Shown in pieces: positions 41,481 to 55,730 of a stretch of 64,000 nucleotides of DNA. This DNA comes from the human T2T-CHM13v2.0 reference genome, Homo sapiens: NCBI RefSeq assembly GCF_009914755.1, contig NC_060927.1. One strand, given 5' to 3'. A program made the position numbers and the translations under genes. Within the stretch, counting starts at the first letter, position 1. The number at the start of each line of letters is the position of its first letter. The notes beneath the pieces were generated by a model, which ran no database searches, was not told the DNA's origin, and saw only the letters and a program-made list of their open reading frames with translations.

Positions 41481-44400
41481 AGAGCTGAAGGTAGGGACCC
41501 ACTTCTTCAGCTACCATCTTTGTCCAATACAACAGTAACCCAGATTAAATTCTCATCAGCAATAAGCTCTTCCGCACTGATCTTGTTATCTCTGCCTCAT
41601 GGGGATTAATTACCATAGGGCTTCAGTTGCTCTGTAGGAAAGGTAGAGAACTGTCCACAGTCTGTGTGTGGAAACTATGTTTCAGGCAATATGACACCAG
41701 GCTGATTCAGTACCCAGGCAATAGCTTCTCTGATTGTTTCAATTTACTTCCAGTTCCCTAATTACCTTTTCTCATTGAAATGAAATATTAAGTCTAATAT
41801 GAGCGTCTCAATTTTAATTTAATTTCTTAACCATTGTAATCTATTTATTATGTCATTCTATATTCTGAATTTCATGTTATATATTGCCAAATTTTATTTT
41901 TAAATTAATCTTTAGAAATATCAACATCAAAAGGTTTCAATAATATCTTCTCCAAGAAAAGCATGAGTTGACAAAATATTATTACAGAGGTTGAGCCAAT
42001 GTGATGGCTCTTCCATTTCAGAAAGCCAAGGAATTATTTTTAAAGAGTAAAAAATGTGGGTAGGTATTTTTGTTGGGAAAAAAATAGTCTCCTTTTATGT
42101 TCTCTTACCATTCAGAACTCAATCACTAGAAAAGTTGCTCGGTATGAAAATATTTTAGAGTTCTAATTGCTGAGGGGGAACATTTATTAAGGTGCTTTTA
42201 ATTTCTGAAGGAACATTGCTTATCAGGGTTTCTACATGTTTTTCTATCAGTAGTAATACAAAGGGGTCTTTCTTTGAGAAAGAGTTTCTGTAGTAGCAAC
42301 ATGCAAAGCATTTGTAGAGAGAAAAATAAGAGCCAAGGAAAGGCAGTATTACCAAGATCCTCAGAGACTATTACTATGTTATTGACAAAAAGTAGAAATT
42401 ATGCCTTGAAAATTCTAATCAGGTTCTCCAAAAGGGAAACTTTTCTGTGCTTTCAGGACAGTGACATTTGGAACAATATATTCTTTTACATAATAGGATG
42501 ACAAAAGCATGACTATCCACCTAAGAAATTATACTTCCCTGAATATGTGTGTTTTTTCCAAAATCTGTGTTTTATATTAAGAATGCTGTAAGATGAGGGT
42601 ATTGCTGTCACTATAGACATGGCTATCACCTCAACTACCTTCACAGGCAGTGGCCTCTACAGAACTTTTGTAGTTTTACCAGAAAACTCTAATGTGGGTA
42701 AAATACCAAATATATATATATAATTTTGTTAAATTTAGGATAAGTTTATTTGTCATGTAGAAATAAATACTTTTTTATAAATCAGTTTTGCAGCTAGAAA
42801 AAGCCTTTTATTTCAAAGATGGGAAACAAGAGATGCCCTACTCATTGCATGAGCTAATGTAGCAGCCAGGCTCTACTAACAGTGGAAATTCTTTCCTCTT
42901 CACTGTAATTTTTCTGTGATTTTTGGGTAGCTTAGAAAGTTGTAGACCCAAAAACTGACTTATTTTATTACCTAAATAGAGAGAAAAGGAAGGTAGAGCA
43001 GAAGAGAAGGAAAGAATTCAAGTAGAAACTGCAGCTAATATATACCAATTTTTCAGCTAATAAAGAGAAAGAAGGTAATTTGAAAATATCTGCTTGGCAA
43101 ACCAGAGTCCTCTTTAGGCTATTGCTGACTGTGAGCTGTCTTCTCCTCTCCAAAACACTGCCACACTAGCTAGCAAAAGTCTGGAAGATCATGAATGAAT
43201 TTATGCAACAATTTCTGACACAGAAATAGTCCAGTATGGGGCCCTAGGATCTGGGTGAAGTTTCAGAATCTGATTCCTGTAACTCCCACTCATAGTTTGT
43301 TTCTAAAATCAATTACATGACCTTTGAGAATAAATAGGTTTAATGATGATATTTTACTCTATTAAGCTAAAAACTTCTTTTAACATTTATAATTTCTAAA
43401 ACTGAGCCACCATAACATACTTGGCATGCAGCAAACCAAATAATGGGCATGCATTAGCTTTCATAGATGATGTCAATTAAGCACCTGATTATAAAATTGG
43501 GATTGCCTGCTTTGGAGAGCTGAATTTCTGAGTGCACAGTAGTTAGCTTCAAGTAAAAATATCTATGGTCATAAAAAAAGATTTAAAAACCATGAAAAGA
43601 ATGTTTGTTCTATCTGGACTATCCTGAGATATAAAAGATATTTTCCTTCTCTTTCAGAAAGATGCAAAATAAAGTCATGTGGCCAAGGAACGTAGGGTAT
43701 AGACCTTATTCATTTATAACACAGAAGGGATCCCTATGGTTTGGTATTTTGTGCTTTTTTAAGCATCTGCCTTGAAATTTTTATCACATAATTATGTAAA
43801 ACAAACTATAATGCTTTGTAATATTTGCACTGGTGATTGTAACATCTTGCAATTCTGTACAATATAAGAACATCCAGTCTGTACATTCAGATTGAAATCT
43901 AAGGCAGTAAAAGAAAAACTCTCAAGTAGCACATACTAAATTTTTACATATGAGCCAAACTAAGATTTTAGAAGTGTCCTTGGACTTGAAAGTCTTATTT
44001 TCAGATTAACAAGTTTGACATACATACATATGCATACACACACACTTTATAAATCGTGCATTTTATAAAAATAACAACTGAAGATTCTTGAAAACTTCTA
44101 AGTTATGTATTTCAGTAAGTTTATGTCTATACCCATACATGTACAGCATACATAAACTGTAACACACATTCACACATTCAAATTAGCTTTGTTTTTTGAG
44201 GGAAGGGTAAATTTCATCTAAACATCCAGATATTATGCAATTTATTCACTTAATTCAGCCAACTGTATATCAACTGCAGCCTCAGTAGACTCAGTAGACT
44301 CTTTTAATGCTGTTGAATTTTGTTGGTTGCTCTTTTATTTTTATTTTTTAAATAACAATGTTCTCTAGTTATAAAAGTTATACTTACTAGATGCATAAAA

Positions 44401-46100
44401 CTTATAATATACAAAGACTCACCAAAAAATTTTCAAAACCCATAATCCTACTACACAGAAACCACTACTGTTAATATTTGATGAATTTTTGATGTAGTAT
44501 CATTTGGACTCTAATCCTACTATCCCAAGACCATCACTATACAACATTTTGATGTATGTACCTCCAGTCTTTTTTCGTAATATCCTTTAGCCTGTAGACA
44601 AGGTGCAAAGCAAGCTATATCCCTCAGGAACCAAAGCCATTAAACGCCAACTGACAGTGAGTAGCCTGCTTGTCAACAAGCCCTTTGGAAGGGCTTATGG
44701 TGCTAGTGATGCTCAGAGGTAGAATCACCTTCCCTGCCAGCCCAGCACAACTAGAGAAGAAAGCCTGGGACACTGCAACCTGTTCACCTGCCCGTCTACA
44801 TGCAGAACTCACAGTGCTCAATTAATGTTGTATTTAAAAGGACAAAACCAAGATCTACCACCAAACTCCTGTGGAACCTCAAGTTACTTCGTGCCTCTGA
44901 GCCTTGGTCTGAGAAATGAGTCATTGCAGTTAAAGTGATATAATGCGTATAAATGCAGTACATGACACAGTACTGTAAAAATCTAAGGGAAAAAAATTAA
45001 AGTTGCTCCTAGTTATGCTATTTCCCAAGACATCACATATCAGTAGTGAAAAAAAAATCATTATTTTATACAGTAAAATATTCAAGTTAGAAAAGTATTT
45101 TTCACTTGGAAATATAAAGCTACTTACTACTGAATTTATTAATGTTCCACTTAAAAACATTTTTAATTTTTCTCAGCTTGTCATCATGCAAAAAGTTTTT
45201 CACCGTTATTGCAGACCATTAAATTACCCAATTGCACCTACTTTTCACTAATATGCATTGATTTATTAAAATAAATATGGCTGAGTTCCCAGTGTATATA
45301 CATTCAATGTGTAAAAGTGTGTAATCTTCCAAAGTAGAGTTTCTTCATGAGAAATAGCATCCTGATTTTATAATAAAATCCAAAGTGACAATCAGACATC
45401 ATATGTAGAAATTTTATTTCTGGCTTGCAGGAAGTGTATCTATTCTATTTTTTTAATAAGCTTGAAAGCATGAGAAACCAAGGGATATTTTCCTATTTTA
45501 TTCAAATTATATGAAACCATACATATGTATAATTATGCAATGCAGGGCTCATGGATACAAAGAATAATGATAGTCCTACACCCCTTTGTAGAAGTAAATG
45601 TCTAAATATTTTATCCTGTAAAATGTTCCACAGTACATGAAAAAAAATGAAACTCTTGCCATAGAATTTAGAACTAACATTTCTAGATTCTCAAATATAT
45701 AAAATTTGCTATTATTTAGGATAAATCAAAATTTATCAAATATAAGCACTTTCATCTCTGCCTATCCACTTAGATAATATTGAGAATTTTCTTTAAAAAC
45801 CTACTATAACTGATTCTAATATACTCTATTAAATATTGATTCAATTATTTTTAAAAATCTTACACTTAAAAAGATACTATAGCTATAGCTTCTTGTAAAC
45901 CATCAAAAAAGAGATAACATGGTTTATAAAAATTATTCCAAATTATTTTTTAATTGGAAATAACTCAATTAATTTTATGAGTTTAACATGACCTTGATAC
46001 CTAATAGGTTGAGAATGCTATAAAAAAGATAAATATTATAAAAAGATAAATACTATAAAAAGAAAGGTATTGAAAAATCTCACTGCAAAACATAGGTATG

Positions 46101-49100
46101 ATAGAGGGCAGAACAAGATGGCAGAATACAAAGCTCCACCGATTGTCCCCCTCACAAGGACACCAAGTTAACAAGGACACCAAGTTAAGAATCTTCACAG
46201 AAAAAAAGACCTTCATAAGAAGTAAAAATTAAGTGAGCACTCATAGTGTCTGGTTTTAACTTCACACTGCTCAAAGAGGCACTGAAGAGATAGAAAGAAG
46301 AGTCTAGAATCGCCGACGCCACTCCTCCCTACTGCAGAGAGCTGCTGTGTGGTATGGAGAGCACCTCTGGGCACCAGGACAGGAAGAGCACAGCAATCGT
46401 GAGGCATTGAACTCAGTGCTGGCTTGTTAGAGCAGAAAGAAAAACGGGACCAAACTCAGCTGATGTCTGTGCACAGGGAGGATTTAAACCAGCCCTAGAC
46501 AGAGGGGAATTGCTGATCTCAGTGATCCAAACTTGAGTGCCCACAAACCTTGCCACAGTAAGCTACAGCCTTCTGTGTCTCCAAGTAAACTTGAAAGACA
46601 GTCTAGGCCATAAGAATAGCAACTCATAGGCAAGTTCTAGTGCTGAATTAGGCCCAGACACAGTCAACTGATGGGGGGTGGGATGAGAAGACATACTGAA
46701 ACACCAGCTGGACAGTTAAGGAAGTGTTGGCCTCACTCCTCCCCTAACCTCAGGCTGCACAGCTAGCTGCTCCAAGAGACCACTTCCTTCTGCTTGAGGA
46801 AAGGAGAGGGAAGAATGGGGAGGACTTTGTCTTGCTTCTAGGATACCACCCCAGCCATAGCATGATACAGCCCCAGTCAGAGTCATGAGGCCCTCAGTCC
46901 AAGTCCTACCTCCCAAATAACTTTCCTAGACAAACCCTGGGCCAGAAGGAAACTCACTGCCTTGAAGGAAAGGATCCAGTCCTGATAGCATTCATCAGCG
47001 GCTAACTGAAGAATCCTTGGGCCCTGAATAATCAGCAGCAACCCCCAGGTACTACATCGAGGGCCTTAGATGAACCTCTGAGACTTGCTGGCTTTAGGTG
47101 AGACTCGGCACATAACAAGTTCTGGTGGCTTCAGGGAAAAACTCCTTCTGCTTGAGAAAAACAGAGGGAAAAATAAAGGGGACTTTGTCTTGCACCTTAG
47201 GTACCAGCATGGCAACAGCAAAGTAGAGTACCAGGAAGGCTCCTGGGAGTCCCCAGTTGTATGACTTGGCTCTTGGATGGCATTTCTAGACTTGCCCTAG
47301 GCCAGAAGGGAGCCAACATCCTAGGTCAGGCAGCATTCATGAAAAACACATTTAAGAGACCCTGGGCCTTCAGGGTATATTGGCAGTAGTCCGGCAGTAC
47401 TCTTCTTGGCCTGGGGTGGCAGTGACTACGGGGTGAGGCTCCTCTCCCTTTCGAAAGGGGAAGGAAGAGTGGGAAAGACTGTATAATTTCGTTTGAGTGC
47501 CAGCTTAGCCCCACTACAATAGAACATCAGGTTGACTTCTGAAGTTTTTGACTCTAGTCCCTGATTCCTAGACAGCACTCCTGGAACCATCCAAGGGAAG
47601 GACACAGGTCTGGCTGGTTTTGCCACCTGTTGATTGGAGAACTCCAGGGCCTTGAGCAAACATAGGCAGTAACCAGGGATTCCTTATAGCAGTCCTTGGG
47701 CAAGACCCAGTGCTGTTCTGGCTTCAGGTCTGACCCAGTGGACAGTGGTGATGGCCAGAGGGGTACTTGGGTCACTCCACCCCCAGCTTTTAGGTGTCTC
47801 AGAACAGAGAAAGAGACTGTATTTTGGGAGAATGTAAGGGAAAGGACCAAGACAGTACCTCTACAAGTCTGCAAGAACCACAGCATTATTGGGCTGGGGG
47901 TGCCCCACAAAGCAGATACAACTTAGATCACAACACCTAAGTCTTTCCAAATATCTGAAAAGCCTTGCCAAGAAGAACATCTACAAATAAGCCCAGAGAG
48001 TGAAGACTACAATAACTATCTAACCCTTCAATGCTCTGACACTAAGGAATATCTACCAGCATCAACACCATCCAGGAAAACATGACCTCACCAAATAAAC
48101 TAAATAAGGCACTAGGGACCAATCCAAAGGAAACAGACATATGTGACCTTTCAGAGAATTCAAAATACCTCTGTTGAAGAAACTCAATGAAATTCAAGAC
48201 AACATGGGGAGGGAATTCAGAATTCTATCAGATAAATTTAACAAAGATATTGAAATTATTTAAAAAACTCAAGAAGATATTCTGGAGCTTAAAAATGAAG
48301 TTGGCATAGTAAAGAATACATCAGAGTCCTTTAATAGCAGAATGGATCAAGCAGAAGAAAGAATTAGTGAGCTTGAAGACAGGCTAATGGAAAATTCAGT
48401 CAGAGGAAACCAAAAAAAGAATAAAAAAAACAATGAAGCAAGCTTGCATGATGTAGAAAATAGCCTCAACAAGGGCAAATCTAAGAGTTATTGGCCTTGA
48501 AAAGGAGATAGAGAAAGAGATAGAGGTAGAAAGTTTATTCAAAGGGATAATGACAGAGAATATCCCAAACCTGGAGAAAGTTATCAATATTCAAGTATGA
48601 GAAGGGTTATAGAATACCAAGCAGATATAACTCAAAGAAGACTACCTCAAGGAACTTAATAATCAAATTACCAAATTCAAGGATAAAGAAAGGATTCTAA
48701 AAGCAGGAAAAGAAAAGAAACAAATAACATACAATGGAGCTCTTATACACCTGGCAGCAGACTTTTCAGTGGAAATCTTACAGGCGAGAAGAGAATGGTA
48801 TGAAAAATTTAAAGTGCTGAAAGAAAAAAACTTAAGCTTGAATAGTATATCTGGTGAAAAGTATCCTTCAAACATGAAGAAGAAATAAAGACTTTCCAAG
48901 AAAAACAAAAGATTATGTGAGCTATTATGAGCAATAAATTTATATTATATTTATATTATATGTCAATAAATTGGAAAATCTGGAAGAAATTGACAAATAC
49001 CTGGATGAATACAACCTACCAAAGTTGAATCAGGAAGAAGTCCAGAATCTGAACAGGCTAATAACAAGTAACAAGCTTGAAGCTGTAATAACATTTTGCC

Positions 49101-51560
49101 AGTAAAGAAAAGCCTGGGACCCAATGACTTCATTGCTAAATTCTACCAATTAAAGAACTAATATGAATCCTACTCAAACTGTTCCAAAAAATAAAGGAGG
49201 AGGAAGTACTTCCAAACTCATTCTACAAGGCCAGTATTACCCTGATACTAAAGCCAGACAAAGCCACATCAAAATCAGAAACCCACAGACCAATATATCT
49301 GATGAATATTGATGCAAACATTCTGAACAAAATACTAGCAAACCAAATTCAACAATACATTAGAAAGATCATTCATCATGACCAAGTGGGATTTATCCCT
49401 GAGATGCAAGGATGGTTCAACATACACAAGTTAATCAATGTGATACATCATATCAACAGAATGAAGTATAAAAACCATATGATCTTTTCAATTAATGCTG
49501 AAAAAGAATGTGATGAAATTCAACATCTCTTCATGATAAAACCCCTCAAAAAACTGGTATAGAAAAAACACACCTCAACATAATAAAAGTCACATACAAC
49601 AGACCCACAGCTAATATCATACTAAATGGGGAAAACCTGAAAGCCTTTCCTCTAAGATCAGGAATGTGATGTGGATGTCCACTTTTACCACTGTTATTCA
49701 ACATAGTACTGGAAGTCCTAGCTAAAGCAATCAGAAAAGAGAAAGATATAAAGGGCATCCAGTTTGGAAGGAAGGAAGACAAATTACCCTTGTTTGCAGA
49801 TAATATGATCTTAAATTTGGGAAAACCTAAAGTTTCCACAAGAAAACTATTAGAACTGCTATACAAATTCAGTAAAATTGCAGTATACAAAATCAACATA
49901 CAAAAATCAGTAACATTTCTATATGTCAACAGTGAACAATATGAAAAAGAAATCAAAAACTTATCTCATTTACAATATATGTACTACCACACATAAAATT
50001 AAATACCTGGGAATTTACTTAGCCAAAGTGAAAGATCTCTATAATAAAAACTAAAAAACACTGATTAAGGAAATTGAAGAGAACACAAAAAAAATGGAAA
50101 AATACTCCATGTTCATAGATTGGAAGAATCAATATTGTTAAAACGTTTATACTACCTTAAGCAATCTACAGATTCAATGCAATCCCTATCAAAATACCAA
50201 TGACATTCTTCACAGAAATAGAAAAACAATCCTAAAATTTATATGAAACCACAAAAAACCCAGAATAGCCAAAGCTATCCTAAGAAAAAAGAACAAAACT
50301 GGCAAAATCACATCATCTGACTTTAAATTATACTACAGAGCTATAGTAACCAAAACAGCATGGTACTGGCATAAAAACAGATACATAGACCTGTGGAACA
50401 AAATTGAGAACCCAGAAACAAATCTTCTGCACAGCAAAGGCTACAATCAACAAAGTGAAGAAAGAACACACAGAACAGGAGAAAATATTTGCAAACTACT
50501 ACTCTGACAAGAGATTAATAACCAGAATATACAAGAAGCTCAAACAACTCTACAGGAAAAAAACAAACTAATAATCTAATCAAAAAATAGGCAAAAGATT
50601 GGAATAGACATTTCTCAAAAGAAGACATACAAATGGCGAACAGGCATATGAAAAGAAGCTCAACATTATTAATTATCAAAGAAATGCAAATCACTGCAAT
50701 GAGATATTACCTCATCCCAGTTAAAATGGCTTATATCCAAAAGACAGCCAATAACAAATGCTGGCAAGGATATGGAGAAAAGGAAACTCTTGTGCACTGC
50801 TGGTGGGAATGTAAATTGGTACAGTCTGTATGGATGACAGTTTGGAGCTTTCTCAAAAAACTAAAAATCGAGCTATCATATGATCCAGCAATCCCACAGC
50901 TGGATATATACCCAAAAGAAAGGAAATCAGTACAACTAAGAAAAATCTTCACTCCTATGTTAGTGTCAACACTGTTTACAATAGCTAAGATTTGCAAGCA
51001 TCCTAAGTGTCCATCAACAGATGAATGAATATAGAAAATGTTACGTGTGCACGATACTATTCAGCCTTAAAAAACATGAGATCCCGTCATTTGCAACAAC
51101 ATGTATGAAACTGGAGATCATTATATTAAGAGGAATAAGCCAAGCACAGAAAGACAAACATCACATACTCTTCCTTATTTGTGAGATCTAAAAATCAAAT
51201 CAATTAAACTCATGGACATAGAGAATAGAAGGATGGTTACCAGAGGCTGGGAGGCATAGTGAGAGACTTGTGAGGAAGTGAGGATGGTTAATGGGTACGA
51301 AAAATAAAAAGAATGAATACGAAATACTATTTAATAGCACAATAGAGTGACTAAAGTCAATAACTTAATTGTACATTTTAAATAACTTAAAGAATATAAT
51401 TGGATTATTTGTAATTCAAACAATAAATGATTGAGGGGATAGATATCCCAGTCTCCATGATGTGCTTATTTCACATTGCATGTCTGTATCAAAACATTCC
51501 ATGTACCCCATAAAAATATACATCTACTATGTCCCTACAAAAATAAGTAAAAATTTTAAA
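46101..51560 (+). mobile_element. L1MA (MA2/3-like) with 5'UTR, ORF1, part of ORF2 and 3'UTR; internal deletions; inserted in an older L1ME
   Basis: CAAGATGGCAGAATA 5' start; ORF1-like DNA at 48100-48900; RT fragments ([36 protein letters not shown]); L1MA 3'UTR and A-rich tail. Confidence 0.92.
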
Positions 51561-51599
51561 AATAGATACAAATTTTTTAAATTATTAATAAATAAAAAT

Positions 51600-52635
51600 T
51601 ATGATTATGAAGTAAGATTTATACCAGGAAAGCAAGACAATTCTGCATCAGAAAAGCTATTAATATAATATAGCACATTGCTAAATTTAAATTATATAAT
51701 CACCTCTATAGAAATATAACAAAAATAAGTAAAATGTAACAGTATGATACTTAACCTATTACTACATCATTAACAAAAATGTCATGGTAAATACAATAAT
51801 GATAAATATTTAGAAGCATTGTCATTAAATTAAGGTAAAGCCAAGGATTCCCTCTATGACCCCTTCTGTTTTACTATATTATACATCTTAGCCAAAGCAA
51901 GAAGGCAAGAAAAAGAAATAAAATATAAGAATAAGGGAGTGTATAAAAAATTTACTTATAGATGATATTATTGTCTACTTAGATAATCCAGGAGAATCTA
52001 CAAGTGGGGATGAGCTTTTAAAATACAGGAATAAATAATATTGCTGAATAATAACCCATAGAAATCAATATTGTGCCTATATACCAGTACTAACCAATTA
52101 TAATATGTAATAGATCAAAGATGCTATTTATAATATCAGTAAAAACTCTAAGGTAACAAAAAATAAATCTTACAAAATTATATAAAACTTTCACAGAAAG
52201 AATTGCAATATAATGCAAAAAAAGTAAACAAATAAATGAAAAGAAATGCTGTGTTCATAAATGGAAGACTTACTGTTCTAAGTCTTACTTTTCATTCTCC
52301 CACAAATGAAACTTTAGTGTAATTTCAATCAAAACAGCAACAAGAAACATGATGAGCTTATCTAAAGTTTAGGTGATAATAACAAGATGTTAGGAATATA
52401 GTAAGATGACTTTGAAACAGAACAAAATTTGAGAAATTTCTCAACCATATATCAAGAATTTTACCAAGTTATAACAATAAGACAGGGTGATAATGACACA
52501 GGTATAGAAAAATTGACCAATAGTGTAAGATAAAGTGCTTACAAACAGACCTATTCATGTATCAATAAGCATTTCATATGTGACAGTTGTAATTTGCCAA
52601 TATTTACAAAAATTGATGATATATATAATTATGAA
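51600..52635 (+). mobile_element. Highly diverged L1ME-type ORF2 remnant (continues around 53950-54760)
   Basis: Degenerate RT-region DNA (GCAAGAAGGCAAGAAAAAGAAATAAAA, TAGATGATATTATTGTCTACTTAG). Confidence 0.65.
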
Positions 52636-53946
52636 CATATGCAACCAAACTAAATTTCACAAATGACGGAGAAATAAAGTCCTTTACAGACAAGCAAATA
52701 CTGAAGGCTTTTGTCACCACTAGGCCTGCCTTACAAGAGCCCTTGAAGGCAGCATTAAATACGGAAAGGAAAAACTGGTACCAGCCACAGCAAAAACACA
52801 CCAAAATATAAAGACCAATGACTATGAAGAAACTGCATCAACTAATGTGCAAAATAACCAGCTAGCATCATGATGACAGGATCAAATTCACACACAACAA
52901 AATTTATGTAAATGGACTAAATGCCCCAATTAAAAGACAAAGACTGGCAAAGTGGATAAAGAGTAAAGACCCATCAGTGTGCTGTATTCAGGAGACCCAT
53001 CTCACATGCAAATACACACACAGGCTCAAAATAAATGGATGGAGGAGTATTTACAAAGCAAATGAAAAGCAAAAAAAAAAAAAAAAAAGCAGGGGTTGTA
53101 ATCCTAGTCTCTCATAAAACAAACTTTAACCAACAAAGATCAAAAAAGACAAAGAACGGCACTACATAGTGGTAAAGGAATCAATGCAACAAGAAGAGCT
53201 AACTATCCTAAATATATGTGCTCCCAATACAGGAGCACCTAGATTAATAAAACAAGTTCTTAGAGACCTACAAAGAGACTTAGACTCCCACACAATAATA
53301 GTGGGAGACTTTAACACCCCACTGTCAATATTAGACAGATCAATTAGACAGAAAATTAACAAGGATATTCAGGACTTGAGCTCAGCTCTGGACCAAGCAG
53401 AGCTGATAGATACGTACAGAACTCTCCAGCCCAAATCAACAGAATATACTTTCTTCTCAGCACCACGTAGCACTTATTCTAAATTTGACCACATAATTGG
53501 AAGCAAAACACTCCTCAGCAAATGCAAAATAACAGAAATCATAACAAACACCCTCTCAGACCACAGTGCAATCAAATTAGAGCTCAGGATTAAGAAACTC
53601 ACTCAAAACCACACAACTACATGGAAACTGAACAACCTGCTCCAGAATGACTACTGGGTAAATAATGAAATTAAGGCAGAAATAACAAAGTTCTTTGAAA
53701 CCAATGAGAACAAAGAGACAATGTACCAGAATCTCTGGGACACAGCTAAAGCAGTGGTTAGAGGAAAATTTACAGCACTAAATGCCCACATCAGAAAGCA
53801 GGAAAGATCTAAAATCGACACCCTAACATCACCATTAAAAGAACTAGGGATGCAAGAGCAAACAAATTCAAAAGCTAGCAGAAGACAGGAAATAACCAAG
53901 ATTAGAGCAGGACTAAAGGAGATAGAAACATGAAAAACCCTTCAGA
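52636..53946 (+). mobile_element. Internal L1PA fragment: ORF1 3' end, spacer and ORF2 endonuclease region only
   Basis: ATGACAGGATCAAATTCACAC ORF2 start at ~52873; ORF 53169-53933 has [29 protein letters not shown] (APE endonuclease motifs). Confidence 0.95.
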
Positions 53947-54025
53947 AAGTCTACTTCTAAGTAGATACTCTAGAGAAAATATCACATACATGCACAAGGG
54001 TATAGATGTTTAAATTAATGATACA

Positions 54026-54601
54026 GCCTTTTGGCTGGAACCGTCATCTTCCAGTAATTTTGCCAAAATGACGAACACAAAGGGAAAGAGGAGAGGCACC
54101 CGATATATGTTCTGTAGGCCTTTTAGAAAGCATGGAGTTGTTCCCTTGGCCATGTGTGTGTGGATCAATAAGAATGGTTACTGTTCAAAAAAGAATGCCC
54201 CGCAAGTGTTACCATGGCAAAACTGGAAGAGTCTACAGTGTTACCCAGCATGCTTTTGGCATTGTTGTAAACAAACAGCAGCATGCTGTTGGTGTTGTAA
54301 ACAAACAGTTAAGGACAAGATTCTTGCCAAGAGAATTAATGTGTGTATTGAGCACCTTAAGCACTCTAAGAGCCCGGATAGCTTGCTGAAACGCATGAAG
54401 GAAAATGATCAGAAAAAGAAAGAAGTCAAAGAGAAAAGTACCTGGGTTCAACTGAAGCTCCAGCCTGCTCCATCCAGAGAAGCACACTTTGTGAAACCAA
54501 TGGGAAGGAGCCTGAGCTGCTGAAACCTATTCCCTATGAATTCATGGCATAGTAGGTGTTAAAAAAAAAAAGAAAGACTTCTGGACTGTAAAAAAAAAAA
54601 A
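54026..54601 (+). pseudogene. RPL21: Processed pseudogene of 60S ribosomal protein L21 (eL21)
   Basis: [26 protein letters not shown] and [17 protein letters not shown] match RPL21; intronless; pyrimidine-rich leader; poly(A); 14-bp TSD AAATTAATGATACA (54012-54025 / 54602-54615); several indels. Symbol is the parent gene; the pseudogene number is unknown. Confidence 0.97.
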
Positions 54602-55339
54602 AAATTAATGATACACTGGAATCAACATAAGTGTCCATAACATATAAATGAATCAATAAATTGTGGTTTATTCATACAATAAAATAATATTCATTATTCA
54701 TCAGTTGGAATAAATAAACAATAGCAACATGAAACTATCTCAGAAACATTATATTGAGTCAAACTCTCATGTACTGCTTGTCGAAAGGAGAATAACGTTT
54801 TTGGAAAATAATTTCCTAACATAAGCAAGACTTTCAAATATATTTATGTTCTTTGACTCAAAAATTCTTCTTGAAATTGTTTATAACTGTATTATAAGGA
54901 ATATGGAAAAAAACATAGGCACAAATATGTTCATCACTGCGTTATATATAACAAAAATAGTAGAAGAAATGTAAATTAAACATGGGAAATTGGTGAGCTA
55001 AATTATGCACAGACAAGTGGAAGAATACTATGTGTCCATTCAAAATAACATAATAAAGCTTATGATAAAATATAGAGAAAACACAGTGCAAAATTATTTT
55101 TCCAGGGCAATTGCTCTCAACATTAGGGATGACTTCCTAAATACATCACATAATTCAAGTCAACTATTCATATAGAAATAAACGTAAATGAAATGAGTAA
55201 CTTAGAGAATATGTCATCTGTAGCCATGGTAGCATACTTTTACCATAAACTTCTTATGTTTTCAGCCTTATCACTCGTATTTCTCAGTGGTTATCTTCAA
55301 AATGACAACACTGGGTAAAAAAATCATGGTTGTTTGAAT

Positions 55340-55730
55340 TTTTCATATTCTCACTCATATGTAGGAGCTAAAAAAAAAAAGTTAATCTCATAGATTTAGA
55401 GAACAGAATGTTAGTTACCAAAGACTTCAATGGGGGAAATGCATGAAGAGAGATTGGCAATGTGTACAAACATACAGTTAGATAGAAGGAGTAAGTTCTA
55501 ACATTCAACTGAAAAGAAGAGTGACTATAGTTAACAACAAAGTATTGTATATTTCAAAATAGCTAGAGAGGTTTTGAAATGTTCCCGACACAGAGAAATA
55601 ATAAATGTTCAAGGTGATGGATATTCCAAATGCCCTGACTTGATCATTACACTCTATTCATGTAACAAAATATCACATGTACCCCATAGATATGAAAAAT
55701 ATTATGTATTAGTTAAAAATAAATAATAAA
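55340..55730 (+). mobile_element. L1MA (MA5-8-like) 3'UTR fragment
   Basis: CATATTCTCACTCATATGT.GGAGCTAAAA...GTGATGGATA...ATGTACCCCATA; ATGGTTGTTTG on both flanks. Confidence 0.85.

Noticed and set aside
42105-42290. Minus-strand donor ATG|GTAAGA with upstream acceptors
   Set aside because: Acceptor ambiguous and the frames checked contain stops; insufficient support
53169-53933. Longest ORF (254 aa) as a cellular gene
   Set aside because: L1 ORF2 endonuclease fragment, not a host CDS
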